A stretch of DNA of 64,000 nucleotides, taken from NCBI GenBank assembly GCA_030704615.1, contig CM060733.1:16492001-16556000 (forward strand), read 5' to 3'. The position numbers were made by a program, and so were the translations under genes. Shown here in pieces: positions 22,255-36,429 of the stretch (its first letter is position 1; each line of letters opens with the position of its first letter). Under the pieces are notes generated by a model. That model searched no databases. It was not told the DNA's origin and worked only from the letters and a program-made list of their open reading frames with translations. Source of the stretch: Takakia lepidozioides. Taxonomy: Eukaryota > Plantae > Bryophyta.

Positions 22255-24970
22255 TTTTTCCCGAATTTTTAACTCTCACAGCCTCTCCTTCTTTCTTCTT
22301 CCTCTATCTCTCTAGGCCTTCGTGCTCCCAGTTAACAACAACCTATCATAGCCAGCTTCTTCTCCTTCATTGCCTTCCAGAATAGTAGTGGGAGCACTTC
22401 TGACTTCATTCTTAGGTTTCCAAAGCCTTACTCCCATACCCATGCTGCACATACCTTGCAATCATGGCACTCCAAAACACCACATCTCATTTAGCCATAT
22501 TGTCGAACTCCTCCTTCGCATCAGGCTTGCTACACCCACGTGTACAGCAGGGGCAGACTTGATCAAATGGCTCAAATGGCCAATGTCATAAACTCAACCA
22601 TTTCCACCATCTGCCAGCAGAAAAGGTTCACTTCCAACCAATTTTTAAAACTCCTTGCATGTAAACATCTGCCTTTCTATGCACATCAGGATAAGTCAAC
22701 TGTGACATTGTAAATGTAAACACCACCTAGTTCTCTTCATTACTTCCTCATCTCCCACATGTGTTACCCTTCCCTCTACACCACCGGTGACAAATCTTGG
22801 TTAAGAAAGGGGGACTACAGTAGCAGTGCCAATTACAACACCAGGCTTTGTTGTTTTGATGTAAATGCCTCCCTTAAATCCAACAACAGCTGATTGTCAT
22901 CTGCTTGTAAGATCGCACACATAGCTGCAGGCTAAGCTGCATACCCGGTGGGTTTCAACACATAACAGCACTGGGAGGGTTAGTAGCTTGCAGGGACTAT
23001 GCCCTCAAGAATAAGCCAGCATTAAGAGGGAAGGGTTGGAGAGGATTACTATCTTCCTCTCTCTTCCAGGTCTCCCCGGCCACAGTAGTTTCCTTTTTGC
23101 ACTTACTCTGACATGATACATGAAACAAAGGAAAATAGTGCTAAATGGGAAGAAAAAAGCACACACTCATCATTTCAAGTTTTCTGATTTGCTCCTTGAT
23201 GGCATGCGGGTCCTTCTTCAGAATCCCCACCTCTCAGACCTTCTTCCTCTCCTTTTTGTTCTGTAACCAGCCAGCCAGACCAATTAATAAATAGACTCAA
23301 CCAGAAATGAACAAAATTAACCTTTGCACCCCATCAAATGCGCTAAATTGGCGCAAGGGAGGATTTGCATCACTGCATGGGTCAGATTAGAATCTGTATT
23401 TAAAATTAAATAGTGTAGATGAACGTACAAACACATTTATTTGACCTACATTATGCAATTCAGATAAGAGTGTACAAAAACAAGTGAACTCAGAACAATA
23501 TTGCTAGGGTATTGAGCCATCATAGGCTCCATAACAGAACATCATCTGTAACCAAAATTCACACCTCAACAGTTTGCTCAAGAGCAAAAAACAATATGCA
23601 GAGTACCAGTTCCTCGGACAAAAGGAAACAATGATTTGGTGTCGTCAAGGTGAGGTCTCTAGGGCACAAGATGGCCAAGCAAAGGTTCTGGACACTTGGA
23701 ACAACAATTCAGGTTGCAGAATTTCCAGCAAGGGCCAAGACCAAAGGGGTGGGGCGCGGCCATTACAATTAGTCAGACCTTCTGAAAGTAAGGGACTTGC
23801 CCCACTAAAGAACATAGAACTGCTCAGTACCAAGCTTCGTGTTCCTATACCAATCTACCAAACTCCAGGAAGACATGGTGAGAACTGTGTCATATATGAA
23901 CAGCTCGCAGTTCCACAAAGAGAATAACAGGGATGTACCTACCTCCATACAAAGAGGTGGACACTGGAGTACGGGACAAAGCTGATGCCAGCTACATTTG
24001 CCTGACATTAAAGTTGTACAAGCCCCAAGTTCTTTCAATCAAAAAAAAGTTTGGGCAAATTAAAGCTATCCACTGAGCAGGTACTGAGTGAAGACACTGA
24101 CCAACAGATGGATTTCCTGGTGCACCCGATGGCCCTACAACATAGTACAAATCAATCAAGTCCATAATATACTAACAAAGGTCCACAATGGTAAGTCTTC
24201 CCCAAAAGCTTCCCTCTACACCACGTCACAATGGAGACCACATTGCTGTTGCAATCGGACAAATAAAATCTCAATAGAGGTCACTCAAAATTCAGCAATT
24301 AAGGAAGGCCTGCAAATCAACAAACAACATGCATTGATTACAAGGTACCAATGCTAGGATATACAATGGAAGAAAAGGCAGAGCAGAGGTACTTACGAGT
24401 AGACGGATACCCATTTCCTGATCCATACTGATACCCCTGTCTTCCAGACTGATATGTATCTCTTCGAGACCCCTCTTTTCCAGACTGAAACCCATCTCTT
24501 CCACACCCCTCCTTTCTACTCTTTAATTCCATGTCTCTCAATCAGTCATTGTCAATCTAAACCCTAAACCCTAAAAGCTGTATCACTCTCCTTCTCTGCT
24601 TGTCTAATTTCACTAAAGGTCTATGGCAAAGGCTACAGCAAACACAATTATTCAGTGATGAGAGCGCCCAACCACTGGTTTACCTGCTAATGATTCTCTT
24701 TCTTTACATATTACAAGGCACATTGCAAAGGTAAAAATGAGCAACATCTGGCGAGTCTCGATTTACAAGCAAGACCAAAGGATGTCTGCCAGAAGATTGA
24801 TAGTGACTTGCTGAATATATGTGACCTTCTGTTGAGAGGGAGAAGAGCAAGGAAGCACCGTGCTCAGGTCCTTTCCATTGACTGGATACAAATGGATTGT
24901 GAGACAGACCTTAGAAAAGCCAAGATCTTACAACCGGAATCTCTTGTAACTATTCGGATTGCTGTTTCAC

Positions 24971-25154
24971 CCAAATGCGAAGTATTCAAGGACTGCAAAT
25001 GCCAGGTACAAGAGCAGGATACAAGTCATGCAGCCCCCAAGACAATCCCAAACTTTGGATCTATTCCCCATGCATGATTCAAGAGGAAGAACAAGACTGA
25101 TGCCTTCAAACGCATAGATGGCCACTCCAATTGCAAATGGCAGGGTCTTTAGCA
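24971..25154 (-). pseudogene. Captured exon of an amino-acid transporter (AVT3/ANT1-like)
   Basis: TLPFAIGVAIYAFEGISLVLPLESCM..YFAFG with AG and GT flanks. Confidence 0.8.
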
Positions 25155-25262
25155 CTGTGAAAGAAAAAGTACAGAAGTAGTGAATTCTGCTTCACTTGCT
25201 ATAAGAAATGTCAACAAGACCTGATGGAACGAAGATAGTTTAGCAGCTTAACATTGACCTCA

Positions 25263-26640
25263 CTATGCGTGCAAAATATGGCTACATAAAATATCCCGTA
25301 GCTCAGCACCCACATTTTGGACCCGATCGGCAGATGGTTCTCGATCTTGGGCCAAATGATCCCGTTCCCTAATTGCTCCAAGTGCATCCATCTCGTTGAA
25401 CACATCGTCAAAGTCCACTTCTTTGAAGTCCACCAGAATGTTGTAAAGAATACAACATGCATGAACAGCCTGCGGCGGGAACTCAATATGAAGGCCGCTT
25501 CTCCAGCCCACTTCCTTGAAAGTACATTTGAGCCGCCCAAATGCAATTTCACTATAAATCCTCGCCTTTGACAACTGATGGTTGAACACAGTTTTGGCTC
25601 TAGAGAGAGCCGGAGCATTAGCAGCTCTTTTGTAACTAGGGATTAGCCAAGGAAGGCAGGATATACAGCATCACCAAGAAGAATAGGAGGGATCGTATGC
25701 CCATTGTCCAAAATGATGCTTTCTCCCCGTAGTATCCTCCCCTGAGATGCTGGATAGAAGAAGGGGGAATTGCGCAACACTCTAGAGTCATTCATATTTC
25801 CTGGCTCCCCAACGTAGATATCTATGAATTTAGCATCCGGATCTACAACCCCTTGCAACACCATAGAATAGTATCCCATTCTATTTCAGTAGTAATGTTT
25901 GATGTTGTTTGCAGGGGCTGGAATCCTAATTTGTGTACAGTCAATCACACCAACCACGTTCGGAATTCCAGATCTCCTTTCATTTTCAAGCATGGATTTT
26001 CTTAGGGTGTCGCCAGCTTGCCATTGAAGCCCTAATGCAGACACAATGGCGGGTACAACTTGACGCAAAAGGTCATACAATGAAGACGCACCAATCCCGA
26101 ATGCCTTTGTCATTTCTGCGGTAGTTGCTGCCCATATCAATTTGTACAATACAGCCCCAACCCGCATGGGAATAGATAGAGCCTTGCGATAGTTAGTGTC
26201 CTGCATAGAAATCCAAGGAGCAAGCACATTGCAAAGCCAATTGAATGTCCTTGAACTCATTTTCATGATCATGAGCCATCGTTCATCATCATACTCCAAG
26301 AGGAAATCTTGAAACCATGCTCTAGACCTGTGCTTCACCCACATCCCAAACGGAATAGAACCTCTAGGCTTGAAATACTTTACCATGAAGAGCGTGTTGA
26401 GGTTTGAATGAAATTGTTAGGGTATCATCTTCGTCCTCCTCCATAATTTGGACTTGTAAAAGCCGTGCTTCCATATGCAAAATTGGTGGGCAATGTCCTA
26501 ATCCAAACAACTCCGGAAATTGATCCAGTATGTATTGCATGAGGACCAGAATTTCTGCCAATACCAGGAGCACATTCTTGTCCATCACCGGTTCCATCCT
26601 ATGAGCAATGGTGGGGGAGGGAAAGGGGTTGTGACTCACC
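25263..26640 (-). pseudogene. Harbinger (HARBI1-like) DDE transposase, frameshifted
   Basis: GVIDCTQIRI; LQGVVD..FIDIYVGEPGNMNDSRVLRNS; LLGDAVYP; FNHQLSKARIYSEIAFGRLK; ACCILYN. Confidence 0.92.
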
Positions 26641-28855
26641 CTTCAAGATGCAATCCAGCAACAATATGGGCTCCAAGTCCGAAGTGTGGCTACAGACCCA
26701 ACAACACTGTTGACTTGTTATCTAGCAGGAGAGAGACAAAATTTACTCCTGTAGAATTGTTTCTGGTAGACAAACTCCCCAATTCCTCTGCTGATGCGAT
26801 TGTTACTGACAAAAAGAAATGGGTCTTCCTTCGACCATGCCTCTGCTAGATTCACGCTGACTTTGGAATTGCGGTGAGTATGCAAAAGTCTTCACAAATG
26901 TGGAAAGATGGCAGCATCCCTGCAGCTCAAATGTGTGTCTTGCATAATGCTTGCCCACTCAGCCCCTGCAACAGAGCACCACAGGAGCAATTACTGGTGT
27001 ATGGCACTTGGTTGTATTTACTTAGAAGAAAATCTCCACATTATACATGAACTGCTGTCAAGCACAAGCCATCAGGGCCGGTCTGGGGAGTTTTCTAGGT
27101 TTGTTCTGTAAATGTCCCTAGCTACTATGCCAACATATACAGATCCTGCAAACCATTGGTGGCATTAGCTTGTATATTGCAATGTTGTGACTAAAGAGCT
27201 GGTCATCATCAAATCACAACTAAAACATATGAGGCGTTACCGCACATTCATCTGCTACAACCAGCAGTTGCTTTGACAGTTCCACAGATGCACTGTCTGT
27301 ACTGTTGCAGGGTCTCGTAGCTCACAAGTGTTCTTTCTTGGCGGCCTGCTGGCTGCTGCACCCCACCAAACTTTCAAAGAGACTGAGCAACGACAACACC
27401 TTCATCTTTCAAAGAGAGACTGAGCATCCTTTATTTCAAAATGACCCACGACCTTCGGCTATGGCGTACGGGCAGGAGGAGAGCCAGGAGAAACGGCGAG
27501 CAAACGTGGCGAGGGTAAACGGGCACGGGCAGCGAACAATGCTTTCAAACGAAAACTTCGCGCTAACTTTTGTTACGGTAACTTTTCGGTGCGGCAGAGA
27601 TAATTTTAGTTGGAGCAGCTGTTAGGAAAACGGGCCTGCTAACCCGTTAGCAACTGTTTTATGCTAGCAGCCCGGTGCGGCCGGGGCCTATAAATGTCCT
27701 AAAGGGTGATAAGAGTTTCGTATTGGCAGATGAATAATAAGCGTCCCAAACTCTGGTAGGGGTTATTTCTGAAGGTCCAAAAAAGGGAGAGAGCAATGGG
27801 GCAGCCAATGGGGAGGGAGGCTAGTGGATGTTGGAGTGGCCCATCCATGCTTGTCCTTCATCCTTCTTCTGATGTGTATGCCTCCCAATTTAGGTGGTAC
27901 AAAGATAGGAAAAAAAGAACTACTATCAAAAGTTTCTTCTTATGGCTAGACAATGGTTAGAGACAAAAGAAATTTCAGTATCTACTGCTTTGCTTCTGCA
28001 ATGCACCAGACACATGTTGGCAATCAATTTGCCTCCGAGAAATAAGCCAAGAAATCTCTACCAAGGCCCTACCAGAGCTCTTGTGAGCATTTATCACACC
28101 AAAGACCCTTCGGTAACCTTAGGTTGAATGCATATGAAGGGAACGGTTTACACGGAAAATATATCAACAATCTCTTTGGTATAATGGATACAAGTGTGCT
28201 TTCAGCATTGATGATCACAATACTATGCAACTGTCTTAACTCTGGCAAGACCTTACAGTCCAAAAGGGCAGTAATGATGGTTACAAAAGTCTGGCTAAAC
28301 CTGTCAGTCCAAAAGGACAGCACTCAGGATTACAAAAGTTGAGGTCTCATGCTGTTGTGCCTGCTAAGAGACCTGCGGCAGACTGGAAAACCATCTGAAA
28401 GACCAGAAAAGAGCACAGTAAGCTTCTCCCATTTAGTGGACATGGTTGAAGGGGTGAAGAAAACAATATAAAGGAGAGGGACATTTCAGTTTTGTTGGCC
28501 AACAACAGCCTGACTGGTGACCTTGAAACATAGCAAGTCATAGGTGCAACCACCATACATCAGTTCAGAAATTCAACCGTCTCCTGTTCTGAAGAAATTA
28601 CGTGAAGATGATTTACACTAATAGTTTTGACACTAGTCTAACCTTGACTACACTGCTCTAGCCTCATGGAGAAAAATACCGTCGCAATCACAGCAGCAAG
28701 GAGAGAAAGACACAGAGAAAGAAAGAGAGTGAAGGAAAAAATCAAAGAAGGGCATTCTCCCTAACTTATCTGTCAACTCACCTTGGTGACTGCAGCACCT
28801 CTCTTCCAATGAAAAAAGTCTTCTAAAAGTTTCCAGCGAGCAAGCCCTAGACATG

Positions 28856-31586
28856 CTATGAGCATCGATTCATCTCTGTCCTGCATTGTTCTTCCTCCAA
28901 AGCAAAGCGGGTGAACATTTGTCTGCGCTGCTTTCGGTGTGCCTCGAAGAGCTCCATCAGTTTCATTGACAAAGTAAACTCCTTCATCTGGGGTGAGAGG
29001 ATGCGGAGCCCTCCAAAGGATGGTTGATGGGCAATAATTCCACAAACACCATCCTCTTGTATCTGCAGGTATCCAAAGTGTGAAAATTAGGTGAGTGCTC
29101 TGTAGTCACCTGAAAACTTGGATGACCTACCAATGGCATATAATAGTTTGTTAGTTGCATGTATGGGTGACACTGTGTGTGTCTCTGTCACTTCCTACCA
29201 TTCCCTCTTCCTTTCTCTTCAACCGAAAATGACTAGGACCAAACGTTTTACAAATGATGTGCACAAAACAGGAACAAAACCATGCCCACATAGATCTAAA
29301 AAATGCACTGCCATCTCTTCACAGTCCCCCCTCCCCAGTTCTCTGGAATGTTGTAAGACCAACCTTCACAGCGCTCTTTGTGGCGAACCCAGCGCCCATT
29401 CTCTGCTCCGGATTAGCACTTGCATTTGATATTATCCAAGGCCTGGACATCAGTAGCTACCAGCAGATGAGTGACGTGTTGTTCCATCCCCCCAACCTAT
29501 ACATGTTTTAGCTCTCAAGAACTTGTGAAGGAGTCGTAGGTAAGTCCATACCTGCCGCTGGCAGATGCAACAATGCACTCAGTTGCTCTGAGAGCCGCTG
29601 CAGCTGCTTGAGCACTTTCACTGTCTTTATACAACACATAACCGTTGGTGCTAGCCTCACAATCTCCACTGGGCAGGATATGGACTGCATTGACACCCTC
29701 AGTAAGCTTTCCTAAGACCTCCATGGCGTCTGATACTGATGCATCCACCTCCATGTTCTCAATCAAAACCATCCGACTAGCATAAGGCAAAGGGTCTGGA
29801 GAAGCTTTCAACAAGTTGCCTGCACCATGTGCTGCCTCTGCTGACATAAGGGAGTGAAAGGTTGGGACCTGATCAGCCAAATGAACACCATGGCGACTAT
29901 CACCTGAGTCCACCTGAATGGTCTCCCCATTTTTCGAGGGACCCCCCAATTCTGATCTCTTTGCCAACAACAGTGATTCTTTGGTGCCTCTGAGTCGATC
30001 TCTGACATCATTAGCTTGACTGCGTGGCTCACCAGCCACACCTGAGGTTAAATGCAGACTGCGAACACGCTTGGAGCTTGCTTCATCATCATCATCTGAC
30101 AGGCACACAAGGTCTGGAGATTTGTCAACCACTTCTCTGGCAGCTGTAGCTGACTTGGAAACATTCCTGGTCAGGACCTGTGCTGCAGGTGGAGTTTCTG
30201 GGCGGTCTGACCTTATTGCAGCTCCATCGGCAGTACTGCAGTTCACCACTCTAGAATCATGTTGGGTATCTCCATGCACTACAGTTTGAGATTGCATGTT
30301 CAGCAAACTTTCTCCCTGAACTACAGTTTGAAAGTGCTGAGTCAGACTGTGCAGCATACCTTCCATGTTACTCAAATTGCTGCAAACTTTCTTTGCATGT
30401 TCCACCAGGTCAGCGGCATCCTCTGTCGGGTGATGTTTTCTCTTTCCCCTTCCCCACATAGATCTTAACTCCGTTGGCTGATCTTGCAAATAAGAAGATT
30501 CGCCAGCCGGCCCTGCAGAGACTTCCAGAGCACGATCCTCCGATTCTACCCCCCCCATCTCCTTTGCAATATCCCCAACAACATCCTTGATGATTTCTTG
30601 AACCTCTATAGGCTTCATCATCTCAGCTGGCTTCCCAGTTTCCTCCGTATTCAGCCTGGTACCCTCGCTGGCAGGCACATCTCCAACCTTGGATTTCCGC
30701 CTGGTCACTCGGCCTGTCACCCCACCTTCGCTCTGGACCCTCTTCTTCCCAGGAGCTGTGTTGCATTCCTGACTTTTCCTCGAATTTGGGGGACTTTTTG
30801 GAGGAGTGATAGGTTCCTTTGATTTTTTCCCTTTCTTCCTTGAGCCTTCCGGTCTCTCAACGTCAAGGTCAGGGGCCAACAACCTCCTAATCATAGGATG
30901 CTCCTCCACCGGGCGGATTGACGGCAGACAAATATCAGGACAACCAAGAGTAGCCTGCCGCCCCTTCTTCGGCCCTGCATTCCAGCGCAGCTTGAAGCGA
31001 CAAGTGCAAATTTCTTCCCCATCCTTCTCTAAAACATGTCTGCCACGATCCACCTACATGTACACAAAATCATCCACAGGTCAGGAGCCCACACAAAATG
31101 CCAGAGCGCAGGAAGGTAAGCAGTCCAACAAAAACGACCACAAAAGATCACTAAGCATGTGCGCCTCGCAAAGCACCGGAGACAGTCTTCTCACAGCACT
31201 ATACCATGTACCTCATACCAAATATGACCAAGCACAAGGTCAGTCTCTCACTGACACAATTCTGGTAGGCATACTTCATCGCATACCTGTACAATGGTTG
31301 CATCGAAGTATTTGCGATCCCGACCGTTGTCCAAGCACCCGCACACCGCCAAATCCTTTTCAACAAGGTAACAGGAGGAGTCTTGAAGCTGCTCTGACGA
31401 AAATCGCACACTCGATTTTAGGGCTGCAGGATCCATGATCGTCTCCTCCTCCCACATTTCATCGTCCTCTGGCTCAAAATTAGCAAAGTGGACCCGTATC
31501 TGCTTCCCCTCCCGCCTCAACGAACCATCGTACCACGCACCATCCGCAATGCATTTCACTTCCACACTCGATTCGTTTTCCGCCAT
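28856..31586 (-). CDS. SAWADEE-domain protein with a C-terminal RRM-like domain (four exons)
   Basis: EVKCIADGAWYD..VHFANF..VRFSSEQLQDSSC..KYFDATI..H..CTCRFKLRW; C-terminal MVLIENME..GYVLYKD..SGRPWII; last exon ..LMELFEAHRKQRRQMFTRFALEEE..CS* (stop 28856-28858). Confidence 0.85.
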
Positions 31587-32609
31587 CTCTCACACGTCTC
31601 TCGATTACTCCCTGCACACCAAAAATGCTCACCAACACCAACACCAACACCAAATCCTCCTTCCTCTCTCCACTATCTCCCTCTCCTGCTCCATATATCG
31701 TCACCTCACCACAGACCTACTCCCCGGCAGCCTCGTCTCTTGCAGCCCGCGCTGACAGCGTTGCCTCGGATCCTCGGCCGCATCACACCCGCCATCGCCA
31801 TCACCTCGCCCAGTTGGTTAGTTGCCGTGCTAGGCGCCCAACGGATGGAAACTTGTAATTTTGGATGCTGTGTCCTGTCTGATCACGTACATGGATGGGT
31901 TCATTCCTCCTTTTTCATCGTAGTGACATGCGCCAGGTCGGAGCGGCCCCCATACCTCTTATGATACTGACATGGCAGAGTATTAGTGGCTACACACCTG
32001 GACACCACCTTTGTTTTTTATTTAGCATGTAATAGCCAACTCTTGACTAGGTCCAATTCACTACCTAGGTCCGATTCACTAACTTGCTTGCCCAGTTATT
32101 ATTATAAGTATGATATGCTCCGTGAGTCCGTGCAGATAACTTTCATACTTACTTTCCCCAGTTCTATAACAAAATGATAGTAATAAAAAATTACATTTTT
32201 TAAAAAAAAAAATTATGAAAGGGAAACACCTGGGAGCGACAGCTCACAAATCATAGTGAGGATAAAATAACCTCTTTCACAGTAACCGCGCCATGGAGGC
32301 AAAACAGATTTTTAGAGGAGACTCGCTGACGTGGCGTGTTTTTACTGGATTTGAGGAGGGGTGCTATATGTGGTATTCTACGACCTACTAGATTTTAACT
32401 GCCTACGCGGCTCGGTAGGTCCTGGCTCCCTACTATATCCGGTGGTGGGTAGGTATGTACAAGGGTAAACTGACCGGCTCGCTGCCCTAAAAACCGGTTA
32501 CTGCTACCGGATATAGCAGGTTGCCATCTAACGCAGGTAGCAGGTAACGCCTGACTCCTGCTGTATCCGGTAGCAGGGGCACCTCTCGAATTCTACCTAG
32601 TCCGTAGAA

Positions 32610-32724
32610 ATGGGACACCACCCAGGGAAGGGGGAGCACTATACGCACACACCCATCAAGTAGCAGGATTTGACCCCAGAATCATCTGGGTGGCACTCAG
32701 TGCACTAACCAACTGAGCTACTGA
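32610..32724 (-). mobile_element. tRNA-derived SINE head
   Basis: Reverse complement has tagctcagttgg (A box) and ggtcaaatcc (B box). Paralog at 45435-45540; both share a body segment (aaacac.tggga.c.acagctca at ~32224 and ~45051). Confidence 0.65.
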
Positions 32725-33697
32725 CTGTTGGTATAATTGGAGATGAGAAAAAAAAGAAAAACGAAAGAAAAAAAGGAATTGATGATGCACTACTACATCC
32801 ATCCATGCACCTGTGACATGCGTTCAGTACAACTGGCTTTTTTATCATTTTTTCATACATTTTTCAACATGTACATCTTCTTGGTTGACTTTGGGATGGT
32901 TGAAAAATCTTACAACTTTTGACCATCCTAGATCCAATATATATACTTTAGAACCAACCATACGTTTTGGGAAAAAAAAACCCATACTACTTGGAGTACC
33001 TAGATTGCAAATCATCTCCGCCCTTAGAAGTTGAATGGACCAGATTGAAGCACGCTGCCAATGTCAAGGCATAATAGAACTGCCAGTCGCTGTCTCTATT
33101 TACTTGGATGGAAGGGCATGTGACTCGTGAGACAAAGCCGCTGCACAGGCCGGATCAACGGTCAAGTGCCGGGCCATTTTCATGACTTGCTGTAATGAGA
33201 CCCTGACCCACCAAATCATTTTTCATCTCCCAGATTTCTGAGTCCCTAGGGCCTAAGTGACCGTTGAATTTATTGCCCACCGACCCCATGTAGTACGTCA
33301 TAATTTCTCAGCCAAGTCCAGCCGCCAGATTAGAAGATTATAATATTCAGATGAGGCATGAGGCCCACAAAAAATAGTTCCTAAGAACAAATCGAAAAAT
33401 TTGCCAAATGAGTGGAGTTTTTTCATCGCATGAGATCCTGCGGGCTGCTTTCTACTCACAAATTTGGATATCAAAAAATTTGAAGCGGGCAAGCCAAAAT
33501 TTGTGCTGCAAGAATTATTTAGGACAAATCTACACTCCAATTTACTATCGCTGCAGTCCAGGTCATCCTGGCATGCTCAAGGCTGTCCTACAATTTTTTT
33601 GCAATCAAATCGGGTGTTTTCTTAGGCTATTTTGGGGCCTGCCCGGTACGTTCCAGCCTAACCTACCTCTTAGCTTGCAACCCTACTATTTCTCTTA

Positions 33698-34048
33698 GGG
33701 CCGCTTTACACTAGGGCCCAAGACCAAGTGGAGCATTCCCATTGGCGGAGGCCTGAAAATTGGGTCCAAGGGCTTTACACTACTGCCCGAGCCCAAGAAA
33801 ATGGAAGTGGGTCATTTGCCTACATGGCACAAGTTTTGGCACCAACTTCTTGGGTCGGACCAAGAAAAGGGACTCTCCTAGAATGGAGACCGAGCTCTTG
33901 GGCCCAAGAAGTTTGGTATTAAAATAGACTATTTTTGTGCGATCATGACTATTTGATCACGACCGTTGAAGTGGGCTCAAGACCAGCCCAAGAGTGGTAG
34001 AAATTGGGCCCAGGATTTCTTGGGCTTGGGCCTAGTGTAAAGCGGCCC
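33698..34048. mobile_element. Tourist-like MITE
   Basis: TIRs GGGCCGCTTTACACTAGG and CCTAGTGTAAAGCGGCCC; TTA TSD at 33695-33697 and 34049-34051. Confidence 0.92.
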
Positions 34049-34368
34049 TTACTCTAGCCCTAGTACCTAGCGAGTTCGAGACCCTCTCCCCTGTCCCTAC
34101 TCATCAAGGGGGTGAAGGGGAATGTGGACTCCACCATTGGGGGCACAACCCTTAAAAAAAAAAGGGACAAGTTGTGCTATATCCGTTTTACGAGGCCATG
34201 TGTTGCCCACCCCATATGGCTAGCCCCTCAACATAATCTGCACATTGTCAGCCAACCGAGCCTGCCCACCTGGCATCACCTAACTGTAGGGTGGCCGTCT
34301 TCTAGGCTGTGGCGCATTCAAGGGGTATTGGGATGCGTGTCCGGGGTAGCCACCATTAGGGTGGGAAT

Positions 34369-34632
34369 CAGTGTTTTTTTCTTTCTCGGTCAGCTACTTG
34401 TACAAAGGTCGAAATTATGGGGGGTAAAATCCGAGATTTTCACCAAAAAGCACCAGCAGATAAATACCAGGAGCCTAATCTTGCCAATGTGGACCAATTA
34501 GTACATGCCACCTGGAATATAGCCACTTTTCTAACTCTGTCACCTCGATATTCTCGCCACATGAGCACTGGGTAGAATTCACAGGTGGCCCTGCTAGCGA
34601 TTTTGGAAATATGAAAAAAAAAAAAACACTAA
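34369..34632. mobile_element. hAT-like MITE
   Basis: CAGTGTTTT..AAAACACT termini; 8-bp TSD GTGGGAAT; internal sequence matches 46375-46675 in the opposite orientation. Confidence 0.8.
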
Positions 34633-36429
34633 GTGGGAATTGGAAACCCTTACCCTGACCTGACCATGGTTGTTATGGAAGCAATTCGGGCAAGGTGGCT
34701 CATCAAAAACAGGCAAAAAAGTTGAGTTAGTCCCACATTGGCGGGTCTTATTCCTAGTAACTTATAATGTTTTTTCTTTTAGATTGGCCAATGCTGATCA
34801 TTTGTGTCCCTATATTTGTCATGAAGTTCTTTGCCTCCATGCATTTTTGTGCTGGTATTCTAATTTAGCATGGGTCTGCAATGGCAAGCAAGATGTTGCA
34901 CCTTGCGATGAAAAGGCAATTGTGTAAAAGACATTGGATACATTTGCCATACGTCTTGGAGTTTCTCGTGACCATGCTACTCAGTTGTAGTTATAGGAGC
35001 GCACGGATGTCCTTGCACATCACAAGTACACTACAACATTGTTGGATTCTGAGCTGAAGCTTGTTGCAGTTCAGTTTTGAGTTGGAGACTTGTAGAAGTC
35101 GTGGCAAAATGGTAGGCGTATGCACGTTGAACATTGTATGTAAAAACAAATTTCTTATCTAAAGAGCCATTAAATTGAATCAAATCGGAGTTAGTCTAGA
35201 TAAAAATTGAGGTAAAGAAACCTTACCGACTTGTTTTGGGTCACTTTGGCAATTAAGGGTCAATGTGTGAAAGTGGGACAATAAAACTTGACAATGTTGA
35301 TTACTAGGGTATGGAGACAGTACCAAAGGCTATAGACTATATTTTAGGCCTCAACATGTCATTCAATTTGCTCTAGGGGCTTTAGATTGAAACCAAATCA
35401 GGCCCCACAAATTAGGTTGTCTACATCTTGGAGTTACGCACAAATATGTCTCTCTTGATTTGGGCCTGCCATGGTGGCTGTGTGTGTGATCAAAGCCGGA
35501 CTCCACTCATGATAGTTGGAAGGAAGTTGAGTGTTTCATGGCACACAGACTTGCTTAGCTATCTATCCTGACCTCCCACTAATATGGCGATGTGGCAATT
35601 GGTTTTTACTAGTTTATCTTGAAATGGCGTTGGCCCATTCCCGCCACAAAAGCACAAATTCCCAAATAAGGCTAGTACTTAGAGAGGGATGTAGCCAAAA
35701 TTTTGTATCTTGGTTATTTTTTATTAGAAAAATTTGTAGAGAGGTGGTACAAAAGTTTGGCAGTTGTGCTATAGTTGGGCATGGCTTTCTACTTTTAGCA
35801 AAGATTGCTATTTGCATGGCAAAATATAAAAAACCAGCAAAATGGTTCATAGCTCACCTACCCCATCCCAATTATGTGCAAAGGAGGTCCCATCAAATCT
35901 GCTTCTTTTCGTAGAGATATGCTTCACTCAATTATGCCTAGAATCTATTCTCGTCATGCCTGTTTCCATTTGGAAAAAAATTCCATGATTTGTTTTGTCA
36001 TACAAAATTTGAGGAAGACACGCTCCTTTAATTTCAGCATTGGCCCAAGATCAAACTATAAAATCTCATAGATCCAATGGTGAATTTTCTTTTTCGTTTT
36101 TGCATTGGATTATCGAGGAAGGTGGACATCCAAACCTACGGTGGACAAGCATGATTTGTCCCAAATATGTAGCAAACGTGCAAGGGGGTATGGTCTACGA
36201 GGCCATTTCCCAACCAGCCCATAGTCATTTATGGGTTAAGTTAGGAGACTGAAGCTGGAATTGTCGTATTGATATATTGCAACACTAACAACATGGTTGC
36301 AGATATACTGACAAAATGACTTAGTGCTGAAAAGCATAAACGCTTTGGAGGCTTAATGGGAGTAGTTAAGGTATTTAACTTGGTAACTCGTTGAGTGGGG
36401 GTGTGGGGAAATCAATTCTTTACCACTTT

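Larger units (their letters stand above)
19630..27688. mobile_element. PIF/Harbinger element (Myb/SANT gene plus convergent transposase) carrying captured host fragments; left end lost
   Basis: Trihelix/Myb ORF at 19749, HARBI-type transposase at 25263-26640 and a GC-rich TIR-like end ...cggtgcggccggggcc at 27688. No matching left TIR was found. Confidence 0.7.

Noticed and set aside
24557-24576. Telomere
   Set aside because: Only about two AAACCCT units; consistent with a telo-box in a captured fragment.
32290-32610. MITE related to the ParB-MTase MULE (contains gctgacgtggcg and ggggtgcta)
   Set aside because: Only short motif matches; no convincing TIR pair or TSD.
32610-32724. Functional tRNA gene
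   Set aside because: A and B boxes are present but I could not form a cloverleaf, and it repeats with shared non-tRNA flanks, as a SINE would.
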